Below, in pieces: positions 34,855 through 46,891 of a stretch of DNA of 64,000 nt (positions are counted from its first letter, which is position 1; each line of letters begins with the position of its first letter). The stretch lies in the NCBI GenBank assembly GCA_001244265.2, contig CDLV01000004.1, forward strand, positions 2,294,001 to 2,358,000, in the 5' to 3' direction. The notes beneath the pieces were generated by a model. It was not told where the DNA came from. It made no database searches and saw nothing but the letters and a program-made list of their open reading frames with translations. This DNA is from Microbotryum violaceum (Eukaryota). Both the position numbers and the translations under genes were made by a program.

Positions 34855-37800
34855 AGGGTTTACCTTCAAGGTAGATGGCGCCAGTCGCACTCATCATGTC
34901 GACAGGAGAAATGAGCCAACTGCTCCAAAACAAAGGGGGCCGACCACCCATCGCGTTGCAGGAACAAAGCTCCCCAGAGGGATACGCATCGGAAGTTGAC
35001 TCGGAAGTGGATGAGGATGAGGACAGTCTGCAAGTCTTGGCAGCTTTGGTCCCGGTTCCCTCAAAGTCCTCGATATCTAGCCCCTCCGCAGTCTCGGGGC
35101 TTTTAATCTCTCCAAAGAGCCGTTCGAGAGACTCCGACGAGGATTCGGCAGACGAGGGTTACTACGGAGTCGACGACGACAATTCGGACGAGAAATCAAT
35201 TGACAACATCTTCTCGGCACTACTCCTGGCTCGGAACGACAAGAAGATCCTTGACCGGCACACGTACGAGCCCTCTCGACAGGACAAAGAGTTATCGAAC
35301 ACGACGCGCGAGGCAATTTTCTCAAACATGATCCTCACTACTGCAGAGCACAACGAGCTCCGCCTCAGGCCGCTTGTTCTCAATTGTCGCAAGCCGAGGT
35401 CCGAATGGGAATTTGTACGCAAACTTCCTGTCCTGGAGCTCCCAAAGTTCATGGCTACAGAGGTATGTTGAAGCTGCATGCTGCGCTGCGTTTTGTTTCG
35501 TCCTGTGAACGACTTAACTTTCATTGGTGCGATCTATTAACAGAAGCATGACTGGGCTCCACGCAAATATGAACGCTGTCTCGCTGTCGTCGAGCGACCT
35601 TACGGTGACGCGCCCTCGTCTACTCATCATCAACATCCGTCGGAGGTGGCAGTGGGGATCGAGTGGCGTCCGGAAGTGCCTATCACCCTTCGAGAAGCTT
35701 GGAGTCAACCCGGCGAAGGTCGACCTGTTGCGGAGGTTCTACGGATTACACATCGTTGCTCGGGGGCCTGTAAAAGAGTTCGGGTCAAGGATGGCAAACT
35801 TGGGTACAAGAAACGAGACAATGACAAGGACCCGGGAAAACATGCTCTACTCAACTCAAGGTGATCATCCCGGATAGGAAATCAAAGGAGCTTGGGTTGG
35901 GTGGCTGATAAGACTCTCTGTGACCTTCTTCGTCCCTTGTGTAGATCCTCGTTCAGGCCGACGATCTTTCATCGGCGCTGGTGTACACCCTCGGCAACCA
36001 TGAAGGACGCCAACCACCGCCGAACGTCCGACGTCCAGCCCCTTTCATTCGTGCGTTGGCGCATCAGGAAGTCTTTCGGCAGGCCAACACGCCCACGCTT
36101 GCATTTCAAAGTGAGTGTGTGCTCCAAGTTTGCAAGAAGTTAGTTTTCACTTCTCAAGACTGACCATCAGTTCCTTTCTCGATAATGGACTCGATCATTT
36201 CACAGATATGAACCAGCGGATGTCGTTCTGGGAGAAACAGAACGAGATCATTCTCCCGCAGTACAGGAAAGTCGGCGCAAAGCAGCTGCGCAATATGTTC
36301 AGGGCAAAAGGTCGACAGAACGCGCAGCATGGATCCGCCTTGTACTCGCTAGCGCGCATGGCTGAGCTGAGACCGTTCACCCTTCAAAATGCAACGGAGC
36401 CCGAGACACGCGGAGTGGCCTAGTGAGTGATCACGATCTAAGCTGCTTGCCGATCTGATGAGCTAACAAGCGGCGGAGGTATTTACCCTTGTCAGCTTTC
36501 AACCTTTTAATGAGAAAACGAAGCAGCCGTTGATCTGCGTCCTTGCCTCCCTCCACTCCATCGACGTGTTGATGTCCTTCGCCACAGTTGGGAACGATTC
36601 AGGCGATTGGTCGCGGTTTGTTGGACTTGACTCAAGCTGGCGATACCTGAACGAGAACCGCGCCCCCCTCACCGCCCTCGTCTCGACTGGCTTGAAAGAC
36701 AAACTTGCGCTAGGTGAGAGCCCGGGAAGCACTTGAAAGGAAGGTCCGGACGAGTACAAAGATTCATTTCATCGCTTATGTATTGTCTTCTTCAGGTCCT
36801 ATGCTTCTCTCCAGTGATGTGAAGGCAGACACTCTCGTCATTTACTTGGACACGGTAAACAGGCTGGTCGAAGAGCGCGCCGCGATCCTTGTAAGGAGTG
36901 CGTTGTAAGATGGGTTGACCAGGGTGTGCTGCGCGTCACGACAGTTTTGAGAGGAGTCGCTCACGCCCTTCTGTACCGTCGACGATTTGCATGCGTACTT
37001 CAGAAGCTCGTGAGAATGGGCCCAATCTACCCGGCTCGTCCCCCAGGTTGCCAAATCTTCTCCAAAATGCCGAATTCATCTTGGAAAATCAGTGGCAACC
37101 ACCGAATTTCATGATCGGCAAATGTCGGACTGAGCTCAACGCCTTGACACTCTGTAAGCGCCGCTGCTTGCTAGGGCTACTATATGAGATGTGCAGACTG
37201 CTCTCACGATTTTGAATTCCTGATGATCGTCGTCTTCTGCATCTACGTTACTATAGGGAAAGAAAAGCACAACCTCAACTTTCACATACGCCTTTGCCAA
37301 TTCCACGTGGTTCAGGCCATTATTCGGTGGTCGAGTGACAGGAATGACGGCGAAAGGGGCAACACCGTCAAGCCTTCTCGGATTGCTCGCAAGACGTTGA
37401 TCAACATTTTGTATGAATTTCGATCCATCATCCAGCGCTTTCGTTTCATACGCACCGAGCATGAAACAGATGCCGAGGCGACAGCTCGGCGCTCGGCTGA
37501 GTTCGAAGGGAAGAAACGGGCGTTCTTTGAAAAATCGGACGCATGGATCGACAAAGAGTTCCGAAGTCGTCGCAAACCAGCAGCAAACAAATCAGACGTC
37601 ACCAAGAAGTCGGAACTGGGTTGCAACAGCCGAGAAGAAGACCAATTACAAGCAAAGAAGGATAACTTTCGGGCGTATTTCAATGTCAACTGGTTCGTAC
37701 AAGAGTGGATCGGTGAGTCTTACTTATTCCTTCTTTACGTGTTCTCTCACAGTTTTTTTGGCTCACGCATTTCCACAATTCTGAAGGAACATACACAGAT

Positions 37801-40800
37801 GATGGTTTACCCCTTGGCGTTTCACGGGAAACCATCAACACCAACAACGTGACTGAACGAGCCTTCAAGACCATCCAGCAAGAGCATCTCCACGGCCGAG
37901 CCAACAAGAGGTATTGCGTAGCACCGGACTCAAGGAGCGAATCTCGACGGAAGAGCTGACAATTCTGCTTGCGCTCTGCACCTGCTAGGATCGACAATCT
38001 CGTTGTGGTCTTACCCGACAATGCTCTAGTTTATGACATTTGGAAGGACGTATCGAATGCAAAACCGGATCATGTTCTTCGAGATACACTGGCAAATTTG
38101 ATGGACATCTGGGAGCTTGGACAGTTCCGCCCTAACGAAAAGGAGGGCCAGTGGGTGCTCAGTTTACGGTGAGGTTTTACGGGTACCAGTGCCTTGGCTA
38201 CCAAGCACTTACTGACGCGAGAATGCTTCGGATTTCAAACTCAGATCCATGGATTCATCAATCACTCTCGATACTCGCGCGCCTTATTGTCCTTGTCGCG
38301 CATTCAAGCAAACAGGAAATAAATGCGCTCATCTTTGGGCGTGCGATCTGCTGGTTCACAATGGCGACTACCACACAGCGATGAGTGCGTCCGAAAGCTT
38401 TGATCACCCTCGTAGCGGCTTCACAAGCCTACAATCTGACAATTGGTGTGGGATTTCTCTTGCAGACCGCATCATGGCAGCAGCAGCAGCGGCAAAAGCA
38501 ATGTCGGACATGCGGGACGGAACAAAATCAAGCAAGCTCCACGACGCCTCCGTCGAAGCCTTGGTCGACAAAGTATTGGACTTTAAAATGCCATCGGCTT
38601 TGGAGGATGACAACGAGCCAGACGAGCCCTTGTCAGAGGACGAACTCGACGAACGCGACGAGGTGGATTCGGACGTCGAGGACGAGGACGAACGCGCTGC
38701 CGATATAGCCGATGTTGCTGAATTTCAGCCCAACTGCTCAACTGTCAAAGGTGAGCACTGTCTGAACGCCTTGCCGGAACGGAGACTTCCGTTTCAATCT
38801 GGTCTTGTTCTGTCACACAGGCAGATCAGCCAGGAATCGGCCATTGCAACCCCATCGTAGCAAGAAGACAGCCAAACCGAAACTCTCAAAACCGAAGTCA
38901 AATTCAAGGGTCACGCTCGAGCACTCGGGAGAGTCGATGCAAAGCAACGGCAGCAATTAGACGTTTGATACGCGACAAGCTCAATCCTGATCAACTTCGT
39001 CCAAAAACTTCCAAACATACCATCTTTGAGAACGGAACCACTCAGTTTGGGAAGACCCGTGGACGCCCACGTGAGACGAAATTTTCCAACAGCTTATCCT
39101 CGACCAAAGATCACGCGGCTGCCAAGCGAATGGCGGCCATTCCCGAGGTCATAGACATCGAAGAACTGAGCGACGACGAGAGGTCACCATGCCAGCTCGC
39201 GCCGTTACAAGAAGGACGTCTTCCACTCGACACCTACGATACAGTTCAGCCGGAGGAGCGCCGAAGCAATGTTTCCGCCGTCAAGGACATTATCAAGCGC
39301 ATTCCCAACGAGGTTCAGAAGGTTGATTGGGACGTATTCCTCGACATTCACGCCGGCGACCACGCACCAGGCCTGAACTTGAGCTCCTTGCGCGAAATGG
39401 CCAACGCCAATTTGTGGTTGAGGGCTTCGCACATCGATGCTTTCAGCAGCGCTATCAATCGGTTCCAAGGCCAATTGCCTTTCAATGGTCGGTCAAAAGA
39501 GGTTCGTGACCTTGAACCAACATGCTACGCACTCTATCTCGAAGGAGGAAAGTGCGCCAAGGGAATTGGAGGCACTCGACCAACCGAGCGGCAGCAGGGG
39601 GTGAGTTCGGATGGGAGTTCGCGAGCATATCGTTCTATCATTATTGACAGGAGGCCTGCCTCTTTGTTTGCGCTGCCCCTTTACCAGATTATCCTTTCTC
39701 GAACACCAGTTCTACTCTTCCCAACTCATGTCACCAATCATTGGATACTTGTCGAGGCACGCCTTTCGGATTGTACATTTCGGGTGTACGACTCTCTTTT
39801 TGGCAGGGAGAACATGCGCAAGGAGGCAAACGAAAATCTCGATGTGAGTTCATCCCCATGACCATCACAAAGCACTTTCAAAGGCGCTCAAACTCTGCGC
39901 AGCTGCTGACGTCATTCGCCCTTTCTGCCTGCCAGTCAATCATCACTTTCTTGGAAACTCGTGCAGAGGGACCGATAGAGCGCATCACTGGAGGCATCGA
40001 TCGACCGACGGTCCCGTACAGAAATTGGAAGCGATCGATTGTCAAAGCGGCGAAGGCCGGCGATCAGCCTCAACCGGATCGATATCCTCAACAGACTGAT
40101 GGCAACGCGTGTGGGGCGTTCGTGTGCCGAGCGATGGAAACCCTGGTATGCGCAGCAGTCGCCAAAATGGAACCCGATTGGAGCTGGGGCCCACAGGTTG
40201 AGCCGGGAAGATTTTATTCGGAGCTTCGAGACTATATGTTGGATGTCACCCTGCACTCTCGTCTACGATGCGACATGAGCTCGTCTTGGTTTTCGGGCTC
40301 GCCGGAGTCTCCAACCGTCTCGTGTGCTACTCGTGATCCAGACAACACAATGGATAGCAGGAAGCCTCATGGCAATACACAGCCTGGAGATCACGTCGGT
40401 GAGTTCGAATAGGATATTGAAGCTCCTGCATGCTCTATTGTCCTAAGGAACTCTGCTCTTCTCCTCCTCATGTCCCTTGTTGTTTCGGAATGACTCACCC
40501 CTGATCTCATCACCCGGCCATTGTTTCGTGCGCAGGCTACAGCAGTGACGACGCGGAAGAAGTCTCACAACATCACAGTAAGTTCCAGGACAGAAAAAGC
40601 AACTTCTTGGCTTTGCTCGTGCCCTTGATTCCAGATTGTCACTCAATGATCCTTCCTCTCTTCGTGTCTGCGCCGCTCTAGTTCCACCCCTGTGTCTACG
40701 AGATCCGTAACTTTCGAGGGGTCGAGACTTGCAAGGAATGTTTCGTCCTCTGCTGACACAGTCATTATCCAGCACCCACAACCTGGCGGTTTGTCACACG

Positions 40801-41735
40801 TGGGATCTGTACACGGAAACAACATGTCGACAGCACGAACTCGTCTTGCATCGGACCAATCCGATTCGACCCTAAACCGACCAACGCTCGCCTTTCCTTC
40901 ATTTTCGCCAGTATTCGCCACGCGCGATATCGAACACCTACCAAAGAAATGCAATTACTCTGCGGTTCCTCAAGAGAGTAGCCCTTCCGCTGTTGTTACT
41001 CCCAGCAAAGGGCGTCATTCGGCAGCGGAAAGCGTGACCCGAGCTCCAGTCGGCGGAAAGCTTGCTCGCAATGTCGAGACCGAAAGTTGAAGTGTGATCT
41101 AGGTCATCCATGCTCGAAGTAGGTACAGTCTAGTAATTTATCATACCAAGAAAGAGCTGACAACTGGTTTGTTCACTTTGAGCAGCTGCACTAAGAAAAG
41201 GAGAGGTAAAGCGAGCCAAGTTTTTACATGTGAATACATTTAAATATCGTTCAACTGCAATGATCACACAAGCAAAAGTCCGCCGATGTCGAAGCGTGAC
41301 TTATTGGAATCTGTATCTTCGCTCGATCTCTATAAACTGTTCTTCATGGATGAGAGAAGCGAGTAACCGGTGCCAATTCTGGTCTAATCCGAGTCGGCGC
41401 AATCACGTTCGGGAGTGTCGGCCTTGGCGGTTCAGGCGCCGGACCGCTGACACCACGGGCGCGGAGAGGCCTGGCGGGGCAGAATATCGATGTAGTAGCT
41501 ACTGCTTCGTCCGCTTCGTCTCACCGGCCAGAAGTACTATAGACCTATACATGCATCAAAATACTGTTCCCAGAGTGATACATCACACATTGCAAGAGAT
41601 ACAGGCGTCTACACTATGTGGTACCAAAGTCCCCATGAACGTGGTACAAGAATGACCTCGGATGTGATCCCAAAGTCCGCATCGATGTGATCCCAAAGTC
41701 CGCTCCGATGTGATCCCAAAGTCGCCTCCGATGTG
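34855..41735 (+). mobile_element. Mutator-like (MULE) DNA transposon, 5' terminus lost
   Basis: Transposase gene followed by a ~500-bp terminal region ending in 23-bp tandem repeats (GATGTGATCCCAAAGTC.. at 41661, 41684, 41707). Confidence 0.85.
34875..41090 (+). CDS. Multi-exon MULE-type transposase with SWIM zinc finger and Ulp1/C48 SUMO-protease domain (probably inactive)
   Basis: GLDSSWR, FMIGK..ELNAL, RLCQFHV, NTNNVTERAFK; SWIM CPCRAFKQTGNKCAHLWAC; C48 triad NHWILV, VYDSL, QQTDGNACGAFV. Confidence 0.8.
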
Positions 41736-41737
41736 GG

Positions 41738-44700
41738 TTTTTATTTATTTGATAGACTTCATTAACAGCATAATTATATTAATACCTAGAAATCTTCGGA
41801 AAAGTCGGAGGGAATGCTGTTACGCACACTGGCAGAAGCCAGTAGTGTAGGACTCATTGACCCTGAACCAGGATCAACCATACCCACTAAAACCCCTTTG
41901 GTGTCTTACAGAGACACTAGGCGACCCTTGGACTCCTGGATAGAGGCTCGAAGCCCCTCGAACTCCGTTTCGGTGATCGGTTCCAAAAGATCCGGCGAGA
42001 ATCGACGACGGCGACAGAGCTTCCAGATCGAGTGAAAGAAGAGGACTCGTAGTTCGACAAGTCGACATTTCGAGCGAGACACGACCGGGCATACAAAGTC
42101 CACAAAGACTGGGTGGGGGTCGGGGACAGAGCAGACCAGAGGCGCCGGGCAAATGGGCAGCCGACCGCGAGGTGAACCAGGCACTCGGGTGCTTCCGAGA
42201 GGCACATCACACAGGAGGTAGATCGATTGTTGGGATGTGGGCTGGTTGGGGAGGCGACTTGGCTTCCCGGATGGAGGGACCCCAGGGAGAGAAGGTGGCC
42301 GGTATCCTCGGCGTCCGAGTGAACCCGGCGAACCTTGCGCAAAGCCTTCCACCAAGCGTTCCAGCGTTGCTCAGGCAGATCGAATACCTTCTGGTGTCCC
42401 TTGGGAAGATAAGGGGGAAGATGAAGACTTGGTGGCGTTTGGACGCGTTCACAAACGAAGACGGAGTCATCACCTCGCCATCGGGCCCTCGAAAAAGCGT
42501 CGGGTTTACCGAGAGTTGTATTCCGTGGCCCGCTGGGAAATAGAGTACGTGCGTCGCCCATTGCTCGAGGTTCTGGCTCTTGGAGAGTTCCGGGGGATTG
42601 AGCGTGGTCACCAACGCCCAGGCTTCGAAGTATCGGACCCAACGAGCAGGAAGAAGTTTTGTCGTTTTTCTCACCGCATGGTCCCACTTTGGGGGAGGAT
42701 GGCAAAAGTAAGCCCACCAGATCCAAGTCCAAGGGCAACGATGCTGTTTGGGGGCCGGTCTGGACAAGGTGAAAGGGGTTGGTTCGTTTGGTGCCTGGAG
42801 GCGGATGCGGATGTCGAAGAGGTGGCGTGTGAAGCAGCCGTCCGGGGCCCGGAGCTGGAAGACCCACTTCGTGTGATCGATTGCTAGACGCCGAGGCAGA
42901 TCAATCAAACCGAAGCCGCCGTGATCAAGAGGGGTGCAGAGGCGTGACCGGGAGACCTTCGGACGTCGCTGAGTACCATCCGAAGCTCAACCGTGAATGG
43001 CGAGCATGGCGGCCTCCTCGATCTCCTTGACAACGCTCTTGGGGGCGGGAAGGAATCGGCTGTAGTACAGGATCTTTGTGTAGCAGTAGATGTTGATGAT
43101 CGAACACTTGGCTGATATGGGAGATCGTACATCGGAATCGAGCGTATCCGAGCGATGGTCAAGGCCTTGACATCTTCCCAGCCCGCATCCTCGGCGATCT
43201 CCACCCCGACCTGAACACCAAGGTAGCGAAACTGCGAATCGCTGAGACGCCAGGTCCCGATCTGGGGCGATCGACCGATCCCGAAAAGCTCCAAGGGGGT
43301 AGAGGAAAGATTTGACGTTGCTGAGCTTGCTGGCACTTGCCCGTTCGTAAAGCTCGATCGCCCGATTGAGGTGGTCGAGGTCCGAGAGGTTGTGGAGTGC
43401 GCAGCAAGCGTCGTCGGCAAAAAGGAGTTCGCGAACGTTTTGGAGGCCCGCAGTATCGATGCCCTTGACTCTGAATCGAATCTGACAGGCAAAACCTTCG
43501 ATCGCCAGGACGAAGAGAGACGGAGCCAAAGGATCACCTTGCCGAATGCCCGACAGGATGTCGAAAGTGGCAGAGAGCCAACCGTTGAGGAAGATCGAGG
43601 CAGATTGATTGGTGTAGGTCGCTCGGTACCATTGGCGGGCTTTGGGGCCGAGGCCAACGGCGCAGAGGACTGCATCAAGGTACGGGTGGGAAAGACGATT
43701 GTAAGCCTTTTCAAAGTCCATCACCGCTAGCATGCCAGACACGGGTGTTGAGCCTGGAAGTCCAGGGTCCATGAGACATTGGACCTCAGCGATGTTCGTG
43801 CCGATCCAACGGTTCGGAGCAAAGCCACGTTGGGTTGGGCCAATCAGGAACTCGAGCAGGGGAGCGAGGCGCTGGTTGTGGGCTTGCGAGATGATGCGCT
43901 TGTCTGCATTGATAAGCGATATGGGGTGTTTGTTCGAGAGCTGATCCCTCTCGCCGCATTTGTGGATGAGATGGATGTGGGCGGTGTTGCGGGGAAGAGG
44001 TCCAGGCTGACGGGCCTCGGTGGGGATCGAGTTGATGACGTCTCGAAGAATTGGGCCAGTGGCCGGCCACGTAGCGCGATAGAACTCAACCGGGAGGCTG
44101 TCAGGCTCTGGCAAAGAGTTCGACTTACACGCCTCTTTGAGCCTTTGTCATCTCCTCCAACGGGTACGTTTCCTCGAGCTTGAATGAGTCCGCGGGAAGA
44201 GGCGAGTTGGAGCGAGGCCGTCGGTGATCGCCTTCAGGGCCGCGTCATCGATGGGCGGTCCTCATAGACCCGCTCGAAGTAGTCGCTGGCCGCTCCAAGC
44301 ATCGAATCAGGGTCGGAATGAACATCATCGTTGACCGTGAGCGGAGGGATCAGGTCGGATGCTCGCACTTTGCGCAGGCGGATGAAGATGGAAGAGGGAC
44401 CCGCCAGAGATGGGTCGAGGCGGGACCGCAGGGCCGCGCCGTAGCGCGAGTGGTCAGCCCTCTCTTGCTCCGACCCGCCACGACGGAACCGAGCGAAAGT
44501 CCGGGCCAGAGCCTGCAGCTCGGGCAGCAGGCGGTGTTTGGTGGACGTCCAAGCTGCTGGTGGATCGTTGGGCGTCTGGAGGAGGGCTTTGTTGTAAAGG
44601 GTGCGGACAATGGAGGTGAGGTACTCGCAGGTCGCGTCGCCCTCGATCACGTGCAAACCCAGCTTGAATTTGCCCGGACCGATGTCAATTGCGCCCGGCA

Positions 44701-46888
44701 CTTGGAACCGTGCCACAACCATTGAGTGCGTCGGTTTGAGAACAGGAGCCCAAATTTTGTGATCATGGAAGAGGTCGACCCAATCAGGCGAGACATAGAT
44801 GCGGTCAAGGCGACGGCACGTGCCGGGCGCTGAGCGATTCGTCGTGGCTCGTCCTTTGGGATGATGGAGCCGATAGGCGTCGAAAAGATTGTTGGCCGTG
44901 GCAAGGTCGCGCATCTCCTGACCCCATAATTCGTTCTGTTTTGGTTCTCCGAATCGAGGGGCTGGGACTCAACACAATTCCAGTCCCCCCGACTAGGAGC
45001 GCAGGCGGCGAGGGTTCGTCACGTACAACTTGTCGGAGGGCGGTGCTGAGGTGTGAGAGGAAGCGTTTTTTGTCTGGCTTGTCGGAGGAAGGCGCGTATA
45101 TTGATACAACCCGGACTTTTGAATCACCCACACAAAAGGTGGCGTCGGTGACTCGATCCGGGAAAGAGAAAGAGGCACGAAGAGTGTTTGGAGGCGACTC
45201 GGGATCCAAAGTCATGACCACGGAGTCGCTCTTCCAAAGTATGGCAGTGTTGTTGAAAGGAGTGAAAAGAGCGGAGAGCTTTAAGTCTTGGCACTCCTGA
45301 GTCCACTGGCCCACCCTTTCGGGGAAGGTCGGCCAGTTTCGCTCAGGAGAAAGACGTCGGCGTTATGGGAGCGGAGATTGGAGAAAAGAGAGGCACGCTT
45401 ACGGTCTTCATTGATTGACTGCACGTTGGCAGCAACAAAAGACACGTTTGGGATTTTAGTTGTGCTCATCATCTTGGTCCATAGCGTCTTCCACGTCCTT
45501 AGGAGGTGCTTCTTGGTCTTCGGCTTCTTCGTCGGCCTCGTCGTCGGTGTCGGCGTCATCGGGTCGGGCTTTGGGCGCGGCCGAGGGCAACGGCGTGGGC
45601 GAAGACGGCTCGGGGCTCGGCTCGGAGGCTTCGAGGGCAGACGCAGTGGGAGGGGCTTCACGAGTGGCTGGCTTGGAGAGGGCGGCAATCGACTTGGATC
45701 GAGTTATGATCGACTTTGGCGTGGCCGGAGGAGGGCTTGGGGATGGAGAGGTGGTCTCTGAGCTGGGGGACTCGGAGGATTTTTCAACGAGGGAGTAGGC
45801 AATTCCCTGATTGGAGGCAGGCTGGGGGGCAGGAGGAGTGGCAGTTTTGCAAGGGAAATTGAAGGAGAACTCGGGGCGGGCATTCTTCGACAGAGAATCG
45901 GGCTGAGCTCTGTTGGACAGATCTTCAGTCTGGGCAGCCAGATCCTGTTCCACTCGACGTTTTTTGGTCGTGCGGTCGTGGGCAGAGGCCGGGGAGATCG
46001 ACTTGGACACGGCGGCGGGGGCGGCGGTGGTAACGGTGGAGGCTTGCGGGGCACGTGACGTGGGGGTCCCTGGGGGCTCGACGCATGACGGGCCGGGCAG
46101 TGCTGGGTGGCGTGCGAGGTGCTCGCGCAGGACTTGCACGCCGGGGCGACGGGGCAATCCTTACGGACGTGAGCCGCGGAACGGCAGAAGACGCAGTGGC
46201 GCATGCCACCGGTGATCCTCAATGGGATTCGCTCAGTGACACCGTCACGAGCAATAGAAAGTGAGGCAGGGGGCAAAATATCTACATCCTTAAGGGCAAG
46301 GATAAAGTCGTACACCCCAGAGATGTGTTTCGTCTTTCCAATGTACTGGATGCGACGACGGAGGACCGTGCCATAGGCAGCGATCTGCTCATCGAATAGG
46401 CAGAGGCCCTCGGGGTCGGAGAAAAAGCCCGTAAGGGTGCATTGTACAACACCTCCTCTAGTAGAGCTGTACAGCTTCTCGACTTTGCACAGAGTCTTGC
46501 CAACAGTGCCGCCGTTGGCCACCAGGGTGTCGAGATCGGCGGCCTTGGGAAAGCGGAGGCCGCGCTGACCCTTGATGACGCATGGCATTGCGCCGGTAAG
46601 GCCAGGGTAGTATTTGTCAAGCGCGAGGAGGACTTGCTCGACCGAGGTTGAGGGTGGGGTGTTGATGATGACACAATTCTCGATGCTGTGCATCAGTGGA
46701 TGGGCGGCGACGGCAGTCGAGGCGTTGGCGGTGGCGTTTCCGTGCTTCGCAGCGGAGCGGGCGCCGACCGCGGCGGAGTATGATTTGATGGTGGTGGCGG
46801 GGGCCTGGCCGGGAGGATCGGGAGGGTCAGGGCGAAGAGGTGGTATAGCAGCATGGCTGGCGTTGTTGGTGTTGTTGTTGTTGTCCAT
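41738..46888 (-). mobile_element. Full-length L1/Tx1-like non-LTR retrotransposon (ORF1 zinc knuckles; ORF2 APE endonuclease, RT, zinc finger), frameshifted
   Basis: ORF2 motifs ANVQS, LSET, SIYAP, RLDRIYV, DFEKAY, GIRQGDPLAPSLF, LFADD, RYLG, GGFGL, CVMC..HLAVGC; AT-rich 3' UTR ending ATCAAATAAAT(A)n. Confidence 0.95.
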
Positions 46889-46891
46889 CCA

